Shown here: in pieces, positions 47,918-56,520 of the stretch
Layout of the letters: each line of letters opens with the position of its first letter
How positions within the stretch are numbered: the stretch's first letter is position 1
Assembly (NCBI GenBank): GCA_963812015.1
Contig: CAWETI010000002.1
Coordinates: 1,344,001 to 1,408,000, forward strand
DNA: 64,000 nucleotides
Reading direction: 5' to 3'
Source: an uncultured delta proteobacterium
GTDB taxonomy: Bacteria; Desulfobacterota; Desulfobaccia; Desulfobaccales; 0-14-0-80-60-11
Program-made: the position numbers and the translations under genes
Notes under the pieces: generated by a model
The model's database searches: none
What the model was told of the DNA's origin: nothing
What the model saw: the letters and a program-made list of their open reading frames with translations, nothing else

Positions 47918-48404
47918 CGGTTTTCAGTTTTCAGTTTCCGGTTTTCGGTTAAAAGCATGGAGCAAAAAGGTTATAAGTCAAGATCTTACCGGTATTTAGA
48001 GGTGTGGAAGCTGTCAATCGATTTTGTGAAGAAAGTTTATCAGGTAACGCACAATTTTCCCGCTTCTGAAAATTATGGGCTAATAAACCAGATCAGGAGA
48101 GCCGCGGTTTCCATCCCTTCCAATATTGCCGAAGGCCAGGGCAGAAATTCCACCAAAGAATTTAAACAATTTCTGGCAATAAGCTTGGGTTCCCTGGCAG
48201 AATTAGAAACCCAGTTGATCATTGCCAAAGAAATAGAATACTTGACCCAGAATGGACTTGATGCTCTGCTGAGCCCCCTCGATAGAATAAGAAAAATGAT
48301 CAAGGGCTTATCAAAAGGAATATAATAATGCTTATTTTGGCAAAGACTATAGCTTGTCTTTTTCTTTCCGAAAACCGAAAACCGAAAACCGAAAACTTAA
48401 AACG
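47918..48404 (+). mobile_element. Candidate element: inverted heptamer arms enclosing a four-helix-bundle gene
   Basis: Left arm CGGTTTT CAGTTTT CAGTTTC CGGTTTT CGGTT (47918-47950); right arm CCG AAAACCG AAAACCG AAAACCG AAAACT (48368-48397); AT-rich interior. Confidence 0.6.
47957..48325 (+). CDS. Four-helix-bundle protein (23S rRNA IVP / Avd-like family)
   Basis: YRYLEVWK, FP..ENYGL..QIRRAAVSIPSNIAEG.GR, FL.IS.GSL.ELETQL. Confidence 0.93.
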   Translation: MEQKGYKSRSYRYLEVWKLSIDFVKKVYQVTHNFPASENYGLINQIRRAAVSIPSNIAEGQGRNSTKEFKQFLAISLGSLAELETQLIIAKEIEYLTQNGLDALLSPLDRIRKMIKGLSKGI

Positions 48405-48413
48405 GAGTGCGGA

Positions 48414-49562
48414 ATGCTAAAGAGATTCGTGTTGGTGCTGCGACTGGGGCTTCTGCTGTTCGTGTCGGCCTCCCTGCTGGTGGGGGGATGCAGCACGGTG
48501 AAGAAGTGGGCGGGTTATGGGGGCGAGGGCGAAGATGAAGAAACGGCGCCACCCGAGGCCCAGCAAGAAACGGTGATGATTGACGGCAAACCCTATGTTC
48601 GCAGCAAAAATCCCTACTGGCTCAGCTACGCCAACGCCCCGGAATATCTCTATGTCGAAAAGGGCACGGAGTTCGTGACCGCCCAACAGCACCTGGTGCA
48701 ATCCCTGGCCAAGGCCATCGGCCAACAGCAGACCCAGGCCGCGGGCAAGACCATTCCCCCGGATAAACTCCAGGAAATGGTGCGGGCCGAGGTGGACCGC
48801 ATCCTGAGGGAGCAGGGGCTGGGAGGTTTTGTCTCCCAGGCCAAGGGGGGCGGCGTCTCGGCCGTTGTGGGACGGGCCGTGGCGGTCATTCCCGATCTGG
48901 ATACGCCCCGGACCTATGACGGGATGAACCGCACCCTGGCCATGTCCCTGGGAGATGCCATGGGCCGGACCAAAGATCTCAAGGTGAGCGCTCCGGATCA
49001 GGTGCAAGAGGCCCTGCGCAAGGCGGGGGCGGCAGGCAAACTGACGCTCAGCCCCAATATCAAGGCTCTGGGGGATGCCCTGGGGGTACAGGGCATTGTC
49101 CTGACCGGGGTGATGCCGCCGGAAGGCGGGACGCCGGGAGCCATGGTCCTGCAAGTCTTTGATACCTTCACCGGCCTCCAGGAAGAAGCCATCGTGGCGC
49201 CGGCGGGCGCTGAGGGGATGAAGCCCGAGACGGTCACGAAGTTCGCCCAGGCCAACGCCCTGCGGGTGGCCGGGGACCTCATCAAAATTTCGTGGTTCGG
49301 GCGGGTGGAGTTTGTCAAGGAGGGCAAAGTCTACCTGAACCTGGGCCAGAACTCGGGCCTCAAGGTGGGCGACCGCCTCAAGGTGGTGCAACCGGGCAAA
49401 GAGGTGGTCAACCCCAAGACCCAGGCGGTCCTGGGTTACACTGCGGATACCCCCCAGGGGGAGATCAAGGTGACGGAGCTCCTGGGAAACAGCGGAGCTG
49501 TGGGCCTGCCGGTGAGCGGCGGCCCCTTCCAGGCCAACGATAAGGTGAAGGCGGTTAAATAA
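48414..49562 (+). CDS. Lipoprotein with a FlgT-C-terminal-like beta domain
   Basis: Lipobox VGGC; C-terminal VYLNLG..SGLKVGD.L.V..G.EV..P.T..VLG motif; ATG 48414 after GGAG. Confidence 0.75.
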   Translation: MLKRFVLVLRLGLLLFVSASLLVGGCSTVKKWAGYGGEGEDEETAPPEAQQETVMIDGKPYVRSKNPYWLSYANAPEYLYVEKGTEFVTAQQHLVQSLAKAIGQQQTQAAGKTIPPDKLQEMVRAEVDRILREQGLGGFVSQAKGGGVSAVVGRAVAVIPDLDTPRTYDGMNRTLAMSLGDAMGRTKDLKVSAPDQVQEALRKAGAAGKLTLSPNIKALGDALGVQGIVLTGVMPPEGGTPGAMVLQVFDTFTGLQEEAIVAPAGAEGMKPETVTKFAQANALRVAGDLIKISWFGRVEFVKEGKVYLNLGQNSGLKVGDRLKVVQPGKEVVNPKTQAVLGYTADTPQGEIKVTELLGNSGAVGLPVSGGPFQANDKVKAVK

Positions 49563-49608
49563 AGACTGTTTTCGGTTTTGGGTGAAAAGATCATAACCCG
49601 TAGATAAT

Positions 49609-49636
49609 CGTAGGGGCGGTTCGGGAACCGCCCCTT
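49609..49636. repeat. GTAG-type REP
   Basis: CGTAGGGGCGGTTCggGAACCGCCCCT. Confidence 0.7.
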
Positions 49637-49679
49637 TGTTGTTCTTATGCCTTGGTTAGTTATCATCCGAAAACCGTCT

Positions 49680-49770
49680 AAAATTCCCCCCTTTACCAAG
49701 GGGGGGGTAGGGGGGATTTTATAACTATCTTAAAATCCCCCTAAATCCCCCTTTTTCAAAGGGGGACTTT
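49680..49770. repeat. CCCCCTTT-N-AAGGGGG double-hairpin palindrome
   Basis: CCCCCCTTTaccAAGGGGGG, TAGGGGGGATTTT..AAAATCCCCCTA, CCCCCTTTttcAAAGGGGG; partial copy near 13237-13263. Confidence 0.72.
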
Positions 49771-49839
49771 GATGACATTTTGCATTTTAAGCATTTTCGG
49801 ATGGATTCTCGTTAGTTTGCAGGCAGCTCTGGTTAAAAA

Positions 49840-51120
49840 CTACAAACCGATCTTCTCCAATCCCCCCATATAGGGGCGCAGTTTCTCGGGAATCACCACA
49901 CTGCCGTCGGCCTGCTGGTAGTTCTCCAGGATGGCAACCAGGGTGCGGCCTGCCGCAAGGCCGGAGCCGTTCAGGGTATGGACCAGTTCGGTGCCCTTGG
50001 CCCCGGGACGCCGGAAGCGGATGGCGGCCCGGCGGGCCTGGTAGCTTTCGAAGTTGCTGCACGACGAGATTTCCCGGTAGAGGTCCTGCCCCGGCAGCCA
50101 GACCTCGATGTCGTAGGTTTTGGCCGCGGCAAAGCCCATATCCCCGGTACACAGGACCACCACCCGGTAGTGCAGGCCCAGTTCCTGCAAGACCTCTTCC
50201 GCGTCTTGCAGCAAAAGCTCCAATTCGTCGTAAGAGGTCTCGGGTGAGGTGAACTTGACCAACTCCACCTTGTTGAACTGGTGCTGCCGAATCAGGCCCC
50301 TCACATCCTTGCCGTGGGAACCCGCCTCGGAGCGGAAACAGGGGGTGTAGGCGGTGTAATAGAGGGGCAGGTCTTCGGCCTTGAGGATCTCATCCCGGTG
50401 GATGTTCGTGACCGGGACCTCCGCGGTGGGCACCAGGAAGAAGTTCAGGCCTTCCAGCTTGAATAAATCCTCCTGAAATTTAGGGAGCTGTCCGGTGCCT
50501 CGCAGGGAATCTTCATTGACAATGAAGGGGGGCAGCACTTCCGTATAGCCGTGCTTTTTGGTATGCAGGTCCAGCATGAAGTTGATGAGGGCCCGCTCCA
50601 GCAGGGCCCCGGGCCCTTTCAGGAGTGCGAACCGGGCCCCGGTGATCTTGGCGGCCCGTTCAAAGTCCAGGATGCCCAGGTTCTCCCCGATATCCCAGTG
50701 GGCCTTAGGGGGAAAGTCAAAGCGTGGGGCCTCCCCCCAGGTCCGCACCACCGGGTTGTCGTCGCTTCCGGCCCCCAGGGGCACGGACTCATGGGGGATA
50801 TTGGGCAGATTGAGCAGAAACTTCCATACCCAGGAGTCCTGGGCCTCGGCCTGGGCTTCCATTTTTTTTATACTCAAGTTAATCAACGCGACTCGCGCTT
50901 TTGATACTTGGGCCTCATCCCCCTTGCCGGCCTTCATCAAGGCCCCCACGTCTTTCGACAAGGTATTGCGCTCATGGCGCAACTCTTCCAGGCTGGTCAG
51001 GAGCTGACGGCGATGGGCCTCCCGCTCCCGGAACTCATCCAGGGAAATCTTCTGGCCCCGGTTTTTCAAGGCCTGTTCAACTGCTTCCAGATGTTCTCTC
51101 ACAAATTTGAGGTCCAGCAT
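49840..51120 (-). CDS. serS: Seryl-tRNA synthetase
   Basis: [47 protein letters not shown]. Confidence 0.98.
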   Translation of the reverse strand: MLDLKFVREHLEAVEQALKNRGQKISLDEFREREAHRRQLLTSLEELRHERNTLSKDVGALMKAGKGDEAQVSKARVALINLSIKKMEAQAEAQDSWVWKFLLNLPNIPHESVPLGAGSDDNPVVRTWGEAPRFDFPPKAHWDIGENLGILDFERAAKITGARFALLKGPGALLERALINFMLDLHTKKHGYTEVLPPFIVNEDSLRGTGQLPKFQEDLFKLEGLNFFLVPTAEVPVTNIHRDEILKAEDLPLYYTAYTPCFRSEAGSHGKDVRGLIRQHQFNKVELVKFTSPETSYDELELLLQDAEEVLQELGLHYRVVVLCTGDMGFAAAKTYDIEVWLPGQDLYREISSCSNFESYQARRAAIRFRRPGAKGTELVHTLNGSGLAAGRTLVAILENYQQADGSVVIPEKLRPYMGGLEKIGL

Positions 51121-51209
51121 GGGTGACTCCCGGTATGAAAAATATGGGCTGGCGGCGGGTGGTCAGCGGCCAGGGACGAAAAAGGCCGCGGCCATAAACT
51201 TCGCACCCT

Positions 51210-51236
51210 AAGGGCGGTTCGCAAACCGTCCCTACA
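51210..51236. repeat. GTAG-type REP, reverse orientation
   Basis: AGGGCGGTTcgcAAACCGTCCCTACA. Confidence 0.6.
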
Positions 51237-51281
51237 GGGAATAATTTCTCTTGACCAGACTTTGCGATAAATCCGCCCGGC

Positions 51282-52040
51282 TTATTTAATTTCCTCGATC
51301 AGGCGCACCAGCCCGTCGGCGTCCTGGCGTTGAATGAAGTAAAGAATATCGGCCACCGCACCCTCCAGGGCCCGCAGCACAATCCGGTTGGCGGGATTCT
51401 GCAGTTGGATGCAAGCGTACAATTTGGCGTCCTGGCTCAGGAGGCGCCGGGTCAGGTTATGCAGGGTGGCAAAGGTAGGGGTGGAAAATTCCTCCAGATC
51501 TTCAGGGGAGACCCCCAGGTCCCGGATAACCGTCCCGAAGGCGATGAGCATGAAATGCGCCAGGCCCTGGACGACGGCCATAATGCGGTCATGTTCAGTG
51601 GCGGTGGTGATCTTTACCCTGGCCCCGGCCTGGGTGAGGAGGTCTTTAAGCCAGTGAAACCAGCGCTCCCCCCGCCCCTGACAGAGCACCACGGTCCGTC
51701 CCTCGATGGTTTCTTCCCCGGGGCCGAAAAGGGGGTGAGTGCCCACCACTTCCCCGGGGAAAGCCGCCATCATGGCCGCCATGGGTCTTTGCTTCACGGA
51801 GGTGAGGTCCACCAAGGCGGCATCCGGCTTGAGATGGGGGGCCACTTCCCGGGCTACTTCGGTCACCTTGGGGATGGGCACCGAGATGATCACCACATCG
51901 GCCAGGGCGGCCACCTCCTGGGAAGTCTGGGGGGTGTCGACGTCCGCCACCAGGACCTCGAGGCCCTGGCTTTCAAAGAAGCGTTTGAACCATTGGCCCA
52001 TCAACCCCTGGCCGCCGATGAGGGCTATTGTGGGTCTCAT
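51282..52040 (-). CDS. tyrA: Prephenate/arogenate dehydrogenase
   Basis: IGGQGLMG Rossmann motif, DLTSVK, THPLFGP, EHDRIMAVVQGLAH. Confidence 0.92.
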   Translation of the reverse strand: MRPTIALIGGQGLMGQWFKRFFESQGLEVLVADVDTPQTSQEVAALADVVIISVPIPKVTEVAREVAPHLKPDAALVDLTSVKQRPMAAMMAAFPGEVVGTHPLFGPGEETIEGRTVVLCQGRGERWFHWLKDLLTQAGARVKITTATEHDRIMAVVQGLAHFMLIAFGTVIRDLGVSPEDLEEFSTPTFATLHNLTRRLLSQDAKLYACIQLQNPANRIVLRALEGAVADILYFIQRQDADGLVRLIEEIK

Positions 52041-52087
52041 GGGAGTGATGACCAATTGCGGTTATCTTTCGACAATCCATGCTTTGG

Positions 52088-52141
52088 GCTGAAAGCTGAA
52101 AGCTGACCGCTGTAAGCCACTTTAATCTGACCGCTGATAGC
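52088..52141. repeat. Heptamer arm(s) between aroC and tyrA
   Basis: GCTGAAA GCTGAAA GCTGACC GCTGTAA and CTGACC GCTGATA GC; same unit as 22379-22410; partner arm not clear. Confidence 0.65.
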
Positions 52142-52146
52142 AATTT

Positions 52147-53199
52147 TCATGCAATAGCCCTTTGGCGCAGCAGAAAGTCCGCCAGGGTGAGGCGCACCAT
52201 GGCCCCGATGACGGGGACGATGCGGGGAATGGCGCTGATGTCGTGTCTCCCCTTAACCGTGAGGGTGCGAGGCCGGCCCCCCAGGTCGATGGTCTGCTGT
52301 TCCCGGGCGATGGAGGGGATGGGCTTCACCGCGGCGTTGAGGATGATCTCATCGCCGTTGGAAATGCCGGCCAAGATGCCCCCGGCGTGGTTGGAGGCGA
52401 AACCTCCGGGGATCAGGGGGTCATTGTTCTCTGAGCCCAGCAGCCGGGCGGCGGCAAATCCGGCGCCGATCTCCACCCCTTTGACCGCGCCCACGGACAT
52501 CACCGCCGCGGCCAGGGCCGCGTCCAATTTATCGAAGACCGGCTCCCCCAAGCCCGGGGGGCAGCCCCGGACCCGCACCTGGACCAGCCCGCCCAGGGAG
52601 TCGCCCAGCGCCTTGACCTCCTGGACCCGGGCCTCCATGGCGGCCACGGTCTCCGGGTCGGGGCAGCCGAAGGGGTTGTCCCAGATCGTGCTTTCATCAA
52701 TTTTCTGCACCCGGACCCCGCCTAGTTCCAGGGTATAGGCCAAGACCTGGACGCCTTCCCGGTCCAGGACCCTTTGGGCCACGGCGCCGGCGGCTACCCG
52801 GGCTGCGGTTTCCCGGGCCGAAGCCCGACCCCCGCCCCGGTGGTCCCGGATGCCGTATTTGGCCTGGTAGGTGAAATCGCCGTGGCCGGGGCGGAAAAGC
52901 AGCCTGAGTTCGTCGTAATCCTGGCTGCGGATGTCGCGGTTGTAGATAATCAGGCTGATGGGGGTGCCGGTGGTCAAGCCGTCGAATACCCCGGACAGGA
53001 TCTCCACCTTATCGGGCTCCCGGCGGCTGGTGGCGTGGGCCTGCACCCCCGGGCGGCGCCGGGCCAGGGCTGCGTCGATGTCGGCGACGCTGAGGGACAA
53101 CCGGGGCGGGCAGCCGTCGATGACGGCTCCCAAGGCCGGGCCGTGGGACTCGCCCCAGGTGGTTACCCGAAAAACCTTTCCAAAGGTATTACCCGCCAA
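52147..53199 (-). CDS. aroC: Chorismate synthase
   Basis: GESHG, RPGHGD, GGGRASARET, KGVEIG, GGILAGIS, GRHD. Confidence 0.98.
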   Translation of the reverse strand: MAGNTFGKVFRVTTWGESHGPALGAVIDGCPPRLSLSVADIDAALARRRPGVQAHATSRREPDKVEILSGVFDGLTTGTPISLIIYNRDIRSQDYDELRLLFRPGHGDFTYQAKYGIRDHRGGGRASARETAARVAAGAVAQRVLDREGVQVLAYTLELGGVRVQKIDESTIWDNPFGCPDPETVAAMEARVQEVKALGDSLGGLVQVRVRGCPPGLGEPVFDKLDAALAAAVMSVGAVKGVEIGAGFAAARLLGSENNDPLIPGGFASNHAGGILAGISNGDEIILNAAVKPIPSIAREQQTIDLGGRPRTLTVKGRHDISAIPRIVPVIGAMVRLTLADFLLRQRAIA

Positions 53200-53758
53200 A
53201 ATTTTTGGTCTCCTCGTTTTTTAAGGCCGCCAGCACCAGTTCCACCACCTGGTCGACGGACCGGTGCGTGGTGTCCACGATAATCTGGGCCGCAGCGTCA
53301 TAGAGGGGGGAGCGATCCTTGAGAACTTCCTCGACCTCCCGGATGGTGTCTTTCCCGGTAAGACTGGGGCGGTTGGCATCCCGGGGCTGATCCTGGACCA
53401 GGCGGGCCTGGATAACCGCCGGATCGGCGGTCAGCCAGATGACCAGGCCGTTTGCCCGGAGGGCCGCCACATTGTCCCGGTCCAAGACGACACCGCCGCC
53501 GGTGGCTAAAATCTGCCCTTCAACGTGGCGGTAACGGGCCACCAACTCCTTTTCCAGCCGACGAAACTCGCCCCAGCCGCCCTGGGCCACGATCTCGGCG
53601 ATGGGCCGGCCGGCCTCCCGCACCAGCACCTGGTCCAGGTCCACGAAGGGGCGGTGCAGCAGTTCCGCCAGTCGGGCCCCCACGGAAGTCTTGCCGGTGG
53701 CCCGGTAGCCGATGAGGACCAGATTGAGTTGGTGATCGGGATGACGACGCCGTGGCAT
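53189..53758 (-). CDS. aroK: Shikimate kinase
   Basis: LIGYRATGKTSVG, DLD, FRRLE, ATGGG, RPSL, R.PLY. Confidence 0.95.
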   Translation of the reverse strand: MPRRRHPDHQLNLVLIGYRATGKTSVGARLAELLHRPFVDLDQVLVREAGRPIAEIVAQGGWGEFRRLEKELVARYRHVEGQILATGGGVVLDRDNVAALRANGLVIWLTADPAVIQARLVQDQPRDANRPSLTGKDTIREVEEVLKDRSPLYDAAAQIIVDTTHRSVDQVVELVLAALKNEETKNFGG

Positions 53759-53906
53759 GAAAATACCGCTTCGCTGCTCTATAAAATATCAATAATGGCA
53801 ACTGGTTGGCTTTAGTTTACTAAAAGCGGCGACTGAAAGGAAGAGGGCAAAGGGTCTCAACACTTTTAGAAGAGCTTTTTTCGCGCTCCACCACGAAAAG
53901 TCAGGA

Positions 53907-54476
53907 TCACTGCAGCGCTCCAATTCCTTGAACCAAAGAAAAAAGGCCAAAAGCCAGGAAAATGGCGGCCGCGCCCATCTTCACGGCCCTTTCCGGCAGC
54001 CGTTTTCCCATAATCTGTCCGACCCAAATGGCCAGGGCATCAGAAATAACCATACCCAAGGTCGAGCCGAGCCAAACCTGCGTCGGCGAGTATTGGCTGG
54101 CCAGGGTCACGGTGGTCAGCATGGTCTTGTCGCCCAGCTCCGCCAGAAAAAACGTCACCGTCACAATCAGAAAAGGGGAGGTGATGCGCCTGACCTGCTG
54201 ATCTTCATCCTCCAACTTATCACCACGCCAGGTCCAGATGGCAAAGGCGATAAAGGCCAGGCCCGAGAGCACCATGATCCAGCCATGCGGCAGGAGCTTA
54301 CCGGTGATTCCTCCCAAGACCACGGAAAAGGCGTGGACTAAGAGAGTCGCCACGAAAACGCCGGCTAATACGATGCCGGCTTTGAAGCGCGTGGCCAACA
54401 TGAGGGCGACCAATTGCGTTTTATCGCCCAATTCGGCGAGGAAAACCAGGGCCAGGGATAACCAGAAACCGTAAAT
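53907..54476 (-). CDS. TMEM165/GDT1 (UPF0016) Mn2+/Ca2+ transporter, candidate ATT start
   Basis: Two ELGDKT motifs. The frame extends 15 codons above the called TTG to IYGFWLSLALVFLAE, bounded by an upstream TGA. Confidence 0.88.
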   Translation of the reverse strand: MYGFWLSLALVFLAELGDKTQLVALMLATRFKAGIVLAGVFVATLLVHAFSVVLGGITGKLLPHGWIMVLSGLAFIAFAIWTWRGDKLEDEDQQVRRITSPFLIVTVTFFLAELGDKTMLTTVTLASQYSPTQVWLGSTLGMVISDALAIWVGQIMGKRLPERAVKMGAAAIFLAFGLFSLVQGIGALQ

Positions 54477-54543
54477 TGGCTTAACCTTTCAGCACAAGGA
54501 ATTGGATTGGAAAAGAGACCAAACTGCAGCTTGCCCCAAGGAA

Positions 54544-55386
54544 CTACGGCAACCGGTAGCAGGTCCCTTCCCGGGCCGCGTCGATATAGGGGGGATTGCT
54601 GTGGGCTGCCGCCATTTCCCGGGACAGGGCCACGATCTTGCCAACCTCTGCATCGCTGCGGCCGGGATCATGATGGGTGAGGAGCAGGTTGCGCACCTCC
54701 GCCTGTTGCGCCATGGACACCACCTCATCATAGGTGGAATGGCCCCACCCCCGACGTTCGGCGATTTCCTTGGGCAGATACTGGGCATCGTGGATCAACA
54801 GGTCGCACCCCAGGCAAAATTCCACGAATTCCGGAATGCGCCTGCCTCGGGCGGCGCCCAGTTCGTTGTCGGTGATGAACACCATGGTGTGCTTGCCTTC
54901 CCGGAACCGGAACGCCAGGCCCCCCTGGGGATGGTTGAGGCGCATGGATTCAATCACCACCCCATCCAGGTCCAGGGGGCCGTGGGCCAGGGTATTGAGA
55001 TAATCGATCCTGGCCTTGAGGTGGTCGAAGGCCACCGGGAAGAAGCCATCTCCCATGTGGCTGTCGAAGACCCGGGTCATGGCCTGGAAGGCGGGGGGCC
55101 AGCCATCGACGATGACCTTGGTGGATTCGTGGTAAATGGGCTCAAAGAAGGGGATTCCCAACAGGTGATCCCAGTGGCCATGGGTGAGGAGCAGGTGAAA
55201 GCGGCTGGGAATCTGGTTTTCGATAAGATGTTCGCCCAGGAGGCGTAGGCCGGTGCCGCCGTCGATCACGACCCTTTGCCCGTTGTCCAACACCACCTCC
55301 ACGCAGGTGGTATTGCCGCCGAACTCCAGGGTATTGGGGCCGGGAGCCGGGATGGAACCCCTGGTGCCCCAGAATTTAATCTCCAT
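54544..55386 (-). CDS. Metallo-beta-lactamase-fold hydrolase (RNase Z / phosphodiesterase-like)
   Basis: FWGTRGSIP, GGNTTC, THGHWDH, HDAQY, WGHS, HHDP. Confidence 0.92.
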   Translation of the reverse strand: MEIKFWGTRGSIPAPGPNTLEFGGNTTCVEVVLDNGQRVVIDGGTGLRLLGEHLIENQIPSRFHLLLTHGHWDHLLGIPFFEPIYHESTKVIVDGWPPAFQAMTRVFDSHMGDGFFPVAFDHLKARIDYLNTLAHGPLDLDGVVIESMRLNHPQGGLAFRFREGKHTMVFITDNELGAARGRRIPEFVEFCLGCDLLIHDAQYLPKEIAERRGWGHSTYDEVVSMAQQAEVRNLLLTHHDPGRSDAEVGKIVALSREMAAAHSNPPYIDAAREGTCYRLP

Positions 55387-55461
55387 ATGGACTTCCTCCT
55401 CCTGCCGGCAGGTGTGGTGGGAAAAGCGGCCCTACAACTTTCACCTAAAGATGGCCCCCGG

Positions 55462-56520
55462 TCAATAGTCGGCCAGATTCACCGCATGATCTCCAAGTTC
55501 CAAAAAAGCCGCCACCAAGCCAAAACAGCCGGAAAGCATCATATCACCGAAGGGGGTGGCGTAGACCCCGGGCCAGCCCTGGGCCAGGCGCCGGCGGGGG
55601 CCGGTGATGACAGTGAACGCAAAGGAACCACTGGCGGTAAAGTCCGGGACGTAGGCGCACCCATGCCCCTGATCGTCAAAGATCTCAGTGTTGGTCAGCT
55701 GGCCCTGCTGAAATCGCTCCAGATGAGCAAAAAGTTTCTCCGGGTTCAGAAGCCCGGTGTGATGTTCATAAATCCCCCACAGGCGGTCGCCCCGGACCAA
55801 GGCCGCAAAGGTGTGAGCATTGCCGACGTTGACCACCGTGAGGCCTTGTTCCCGATGATCCCGGGCCTGGGGATCGAGGAGCGCCCCCCGGACCCCGGCG
55901 GCGCAGGTGTCCATCAGCACTACCCCGGGCAGGGCCTCGGCCACGGCCGCCATCCGGGTGAAGTGGCTGGGGGGCTGCCGGTAGGCCAGGTCCGCCAGTC
56001 TGCCCCCCTGGGCCAGGAAATTTTCCCAGCCCTGGAAGCGGAAACGGCGGTTGCTCCCCTGGGGATGAAAGCCGTGGTCCTGGACCGCCACGGCAAAATG
56101 GCTGGGGAATGGGACTTCGAAGGCCCCCAGGACCTGACGCCAGCCTTCCGCCTCCACATCTCCCAGGGTCAGGGTCACGGCTTCGGGGGGCGGAGACTCG
56201 GTGAGAATCACGCCCCACTCCTCCACTGCCTCCAGGCGGTCGCTAAAGGTGAAAGCCGCCTGGGGCGTGGCATAAACCGGCAGGCCGTGGCCCATATGCC
56301 AACGTACCGCCGCGGTTACGGCGCCGCCGCCCATGATCCGGCCGTTCAAGAAAAGGGGCTGCCCCTGATTGGTGAAGCGACGGATGCGCCGGGCCAGGAC
56401 CTGGGTGGGCGCCGGCAGGACCAGCTTGACGCCGTTTTCCACGGGCTGGCCCGGCTCCCAGATAAAGATATCCTGGGTGCCGCCCCCCACGTCCACGGCC
56501 AGGAGCGAGCCTTCAAACAT
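55462..56520 (-). CDS. DUF1786 family protein (ASKHA-like fold)
   Basis: LAVDVGGGTQD, AVQDHG, SNR..RF, NVGNAH, YEHHT, GHG, GDMM..GCFG. Confidence 0.85.
   Translation of the reverse strand: MFEGSLLAVDVGGGTQDIFIWEPGQPVENGVKLVLPAPTQVLARRIRRFTNQGQPLFLNGRIMGGGAVTAAVRWHMGHGLPVYATPQAAFTFSDRLEAVEEWGVILTESPPPEAVTLTLGDVEAEGWRQVLGAFEVPFPSHFAVAVQDHGFHPQGSNRRFRFQGWENFLAQGGRLADLAYRQPPSHFTRMAAVAEALPGVVLMDTCAAGVRGALLDPQARDHREQGLTVVNVGNAHTFAALVRGDRLWGIYEHHTGLLNPEKLFAHLERFQQGQLTNTEIFDDQGHGCAYVPDFTASGSFAFTVITGPRRRLAQGWPGVYATPFGDMMLSGCFGLVAAFLELGDHAVNLADY

Noticed and set aside
47957..48325. Diversity-generating retroelement or 23S rRNA intervening sequence
   Set aside because: No reverse transcriptase, TR/VR pair or rRNA sequence flanks the gene in this window.
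54477..54543. yybP-ykoY Mn2+ riboswitch before the GDT1 gene
   Set aside because: The spacer is only about 67 nt and lacks recognisable conserved motifs.
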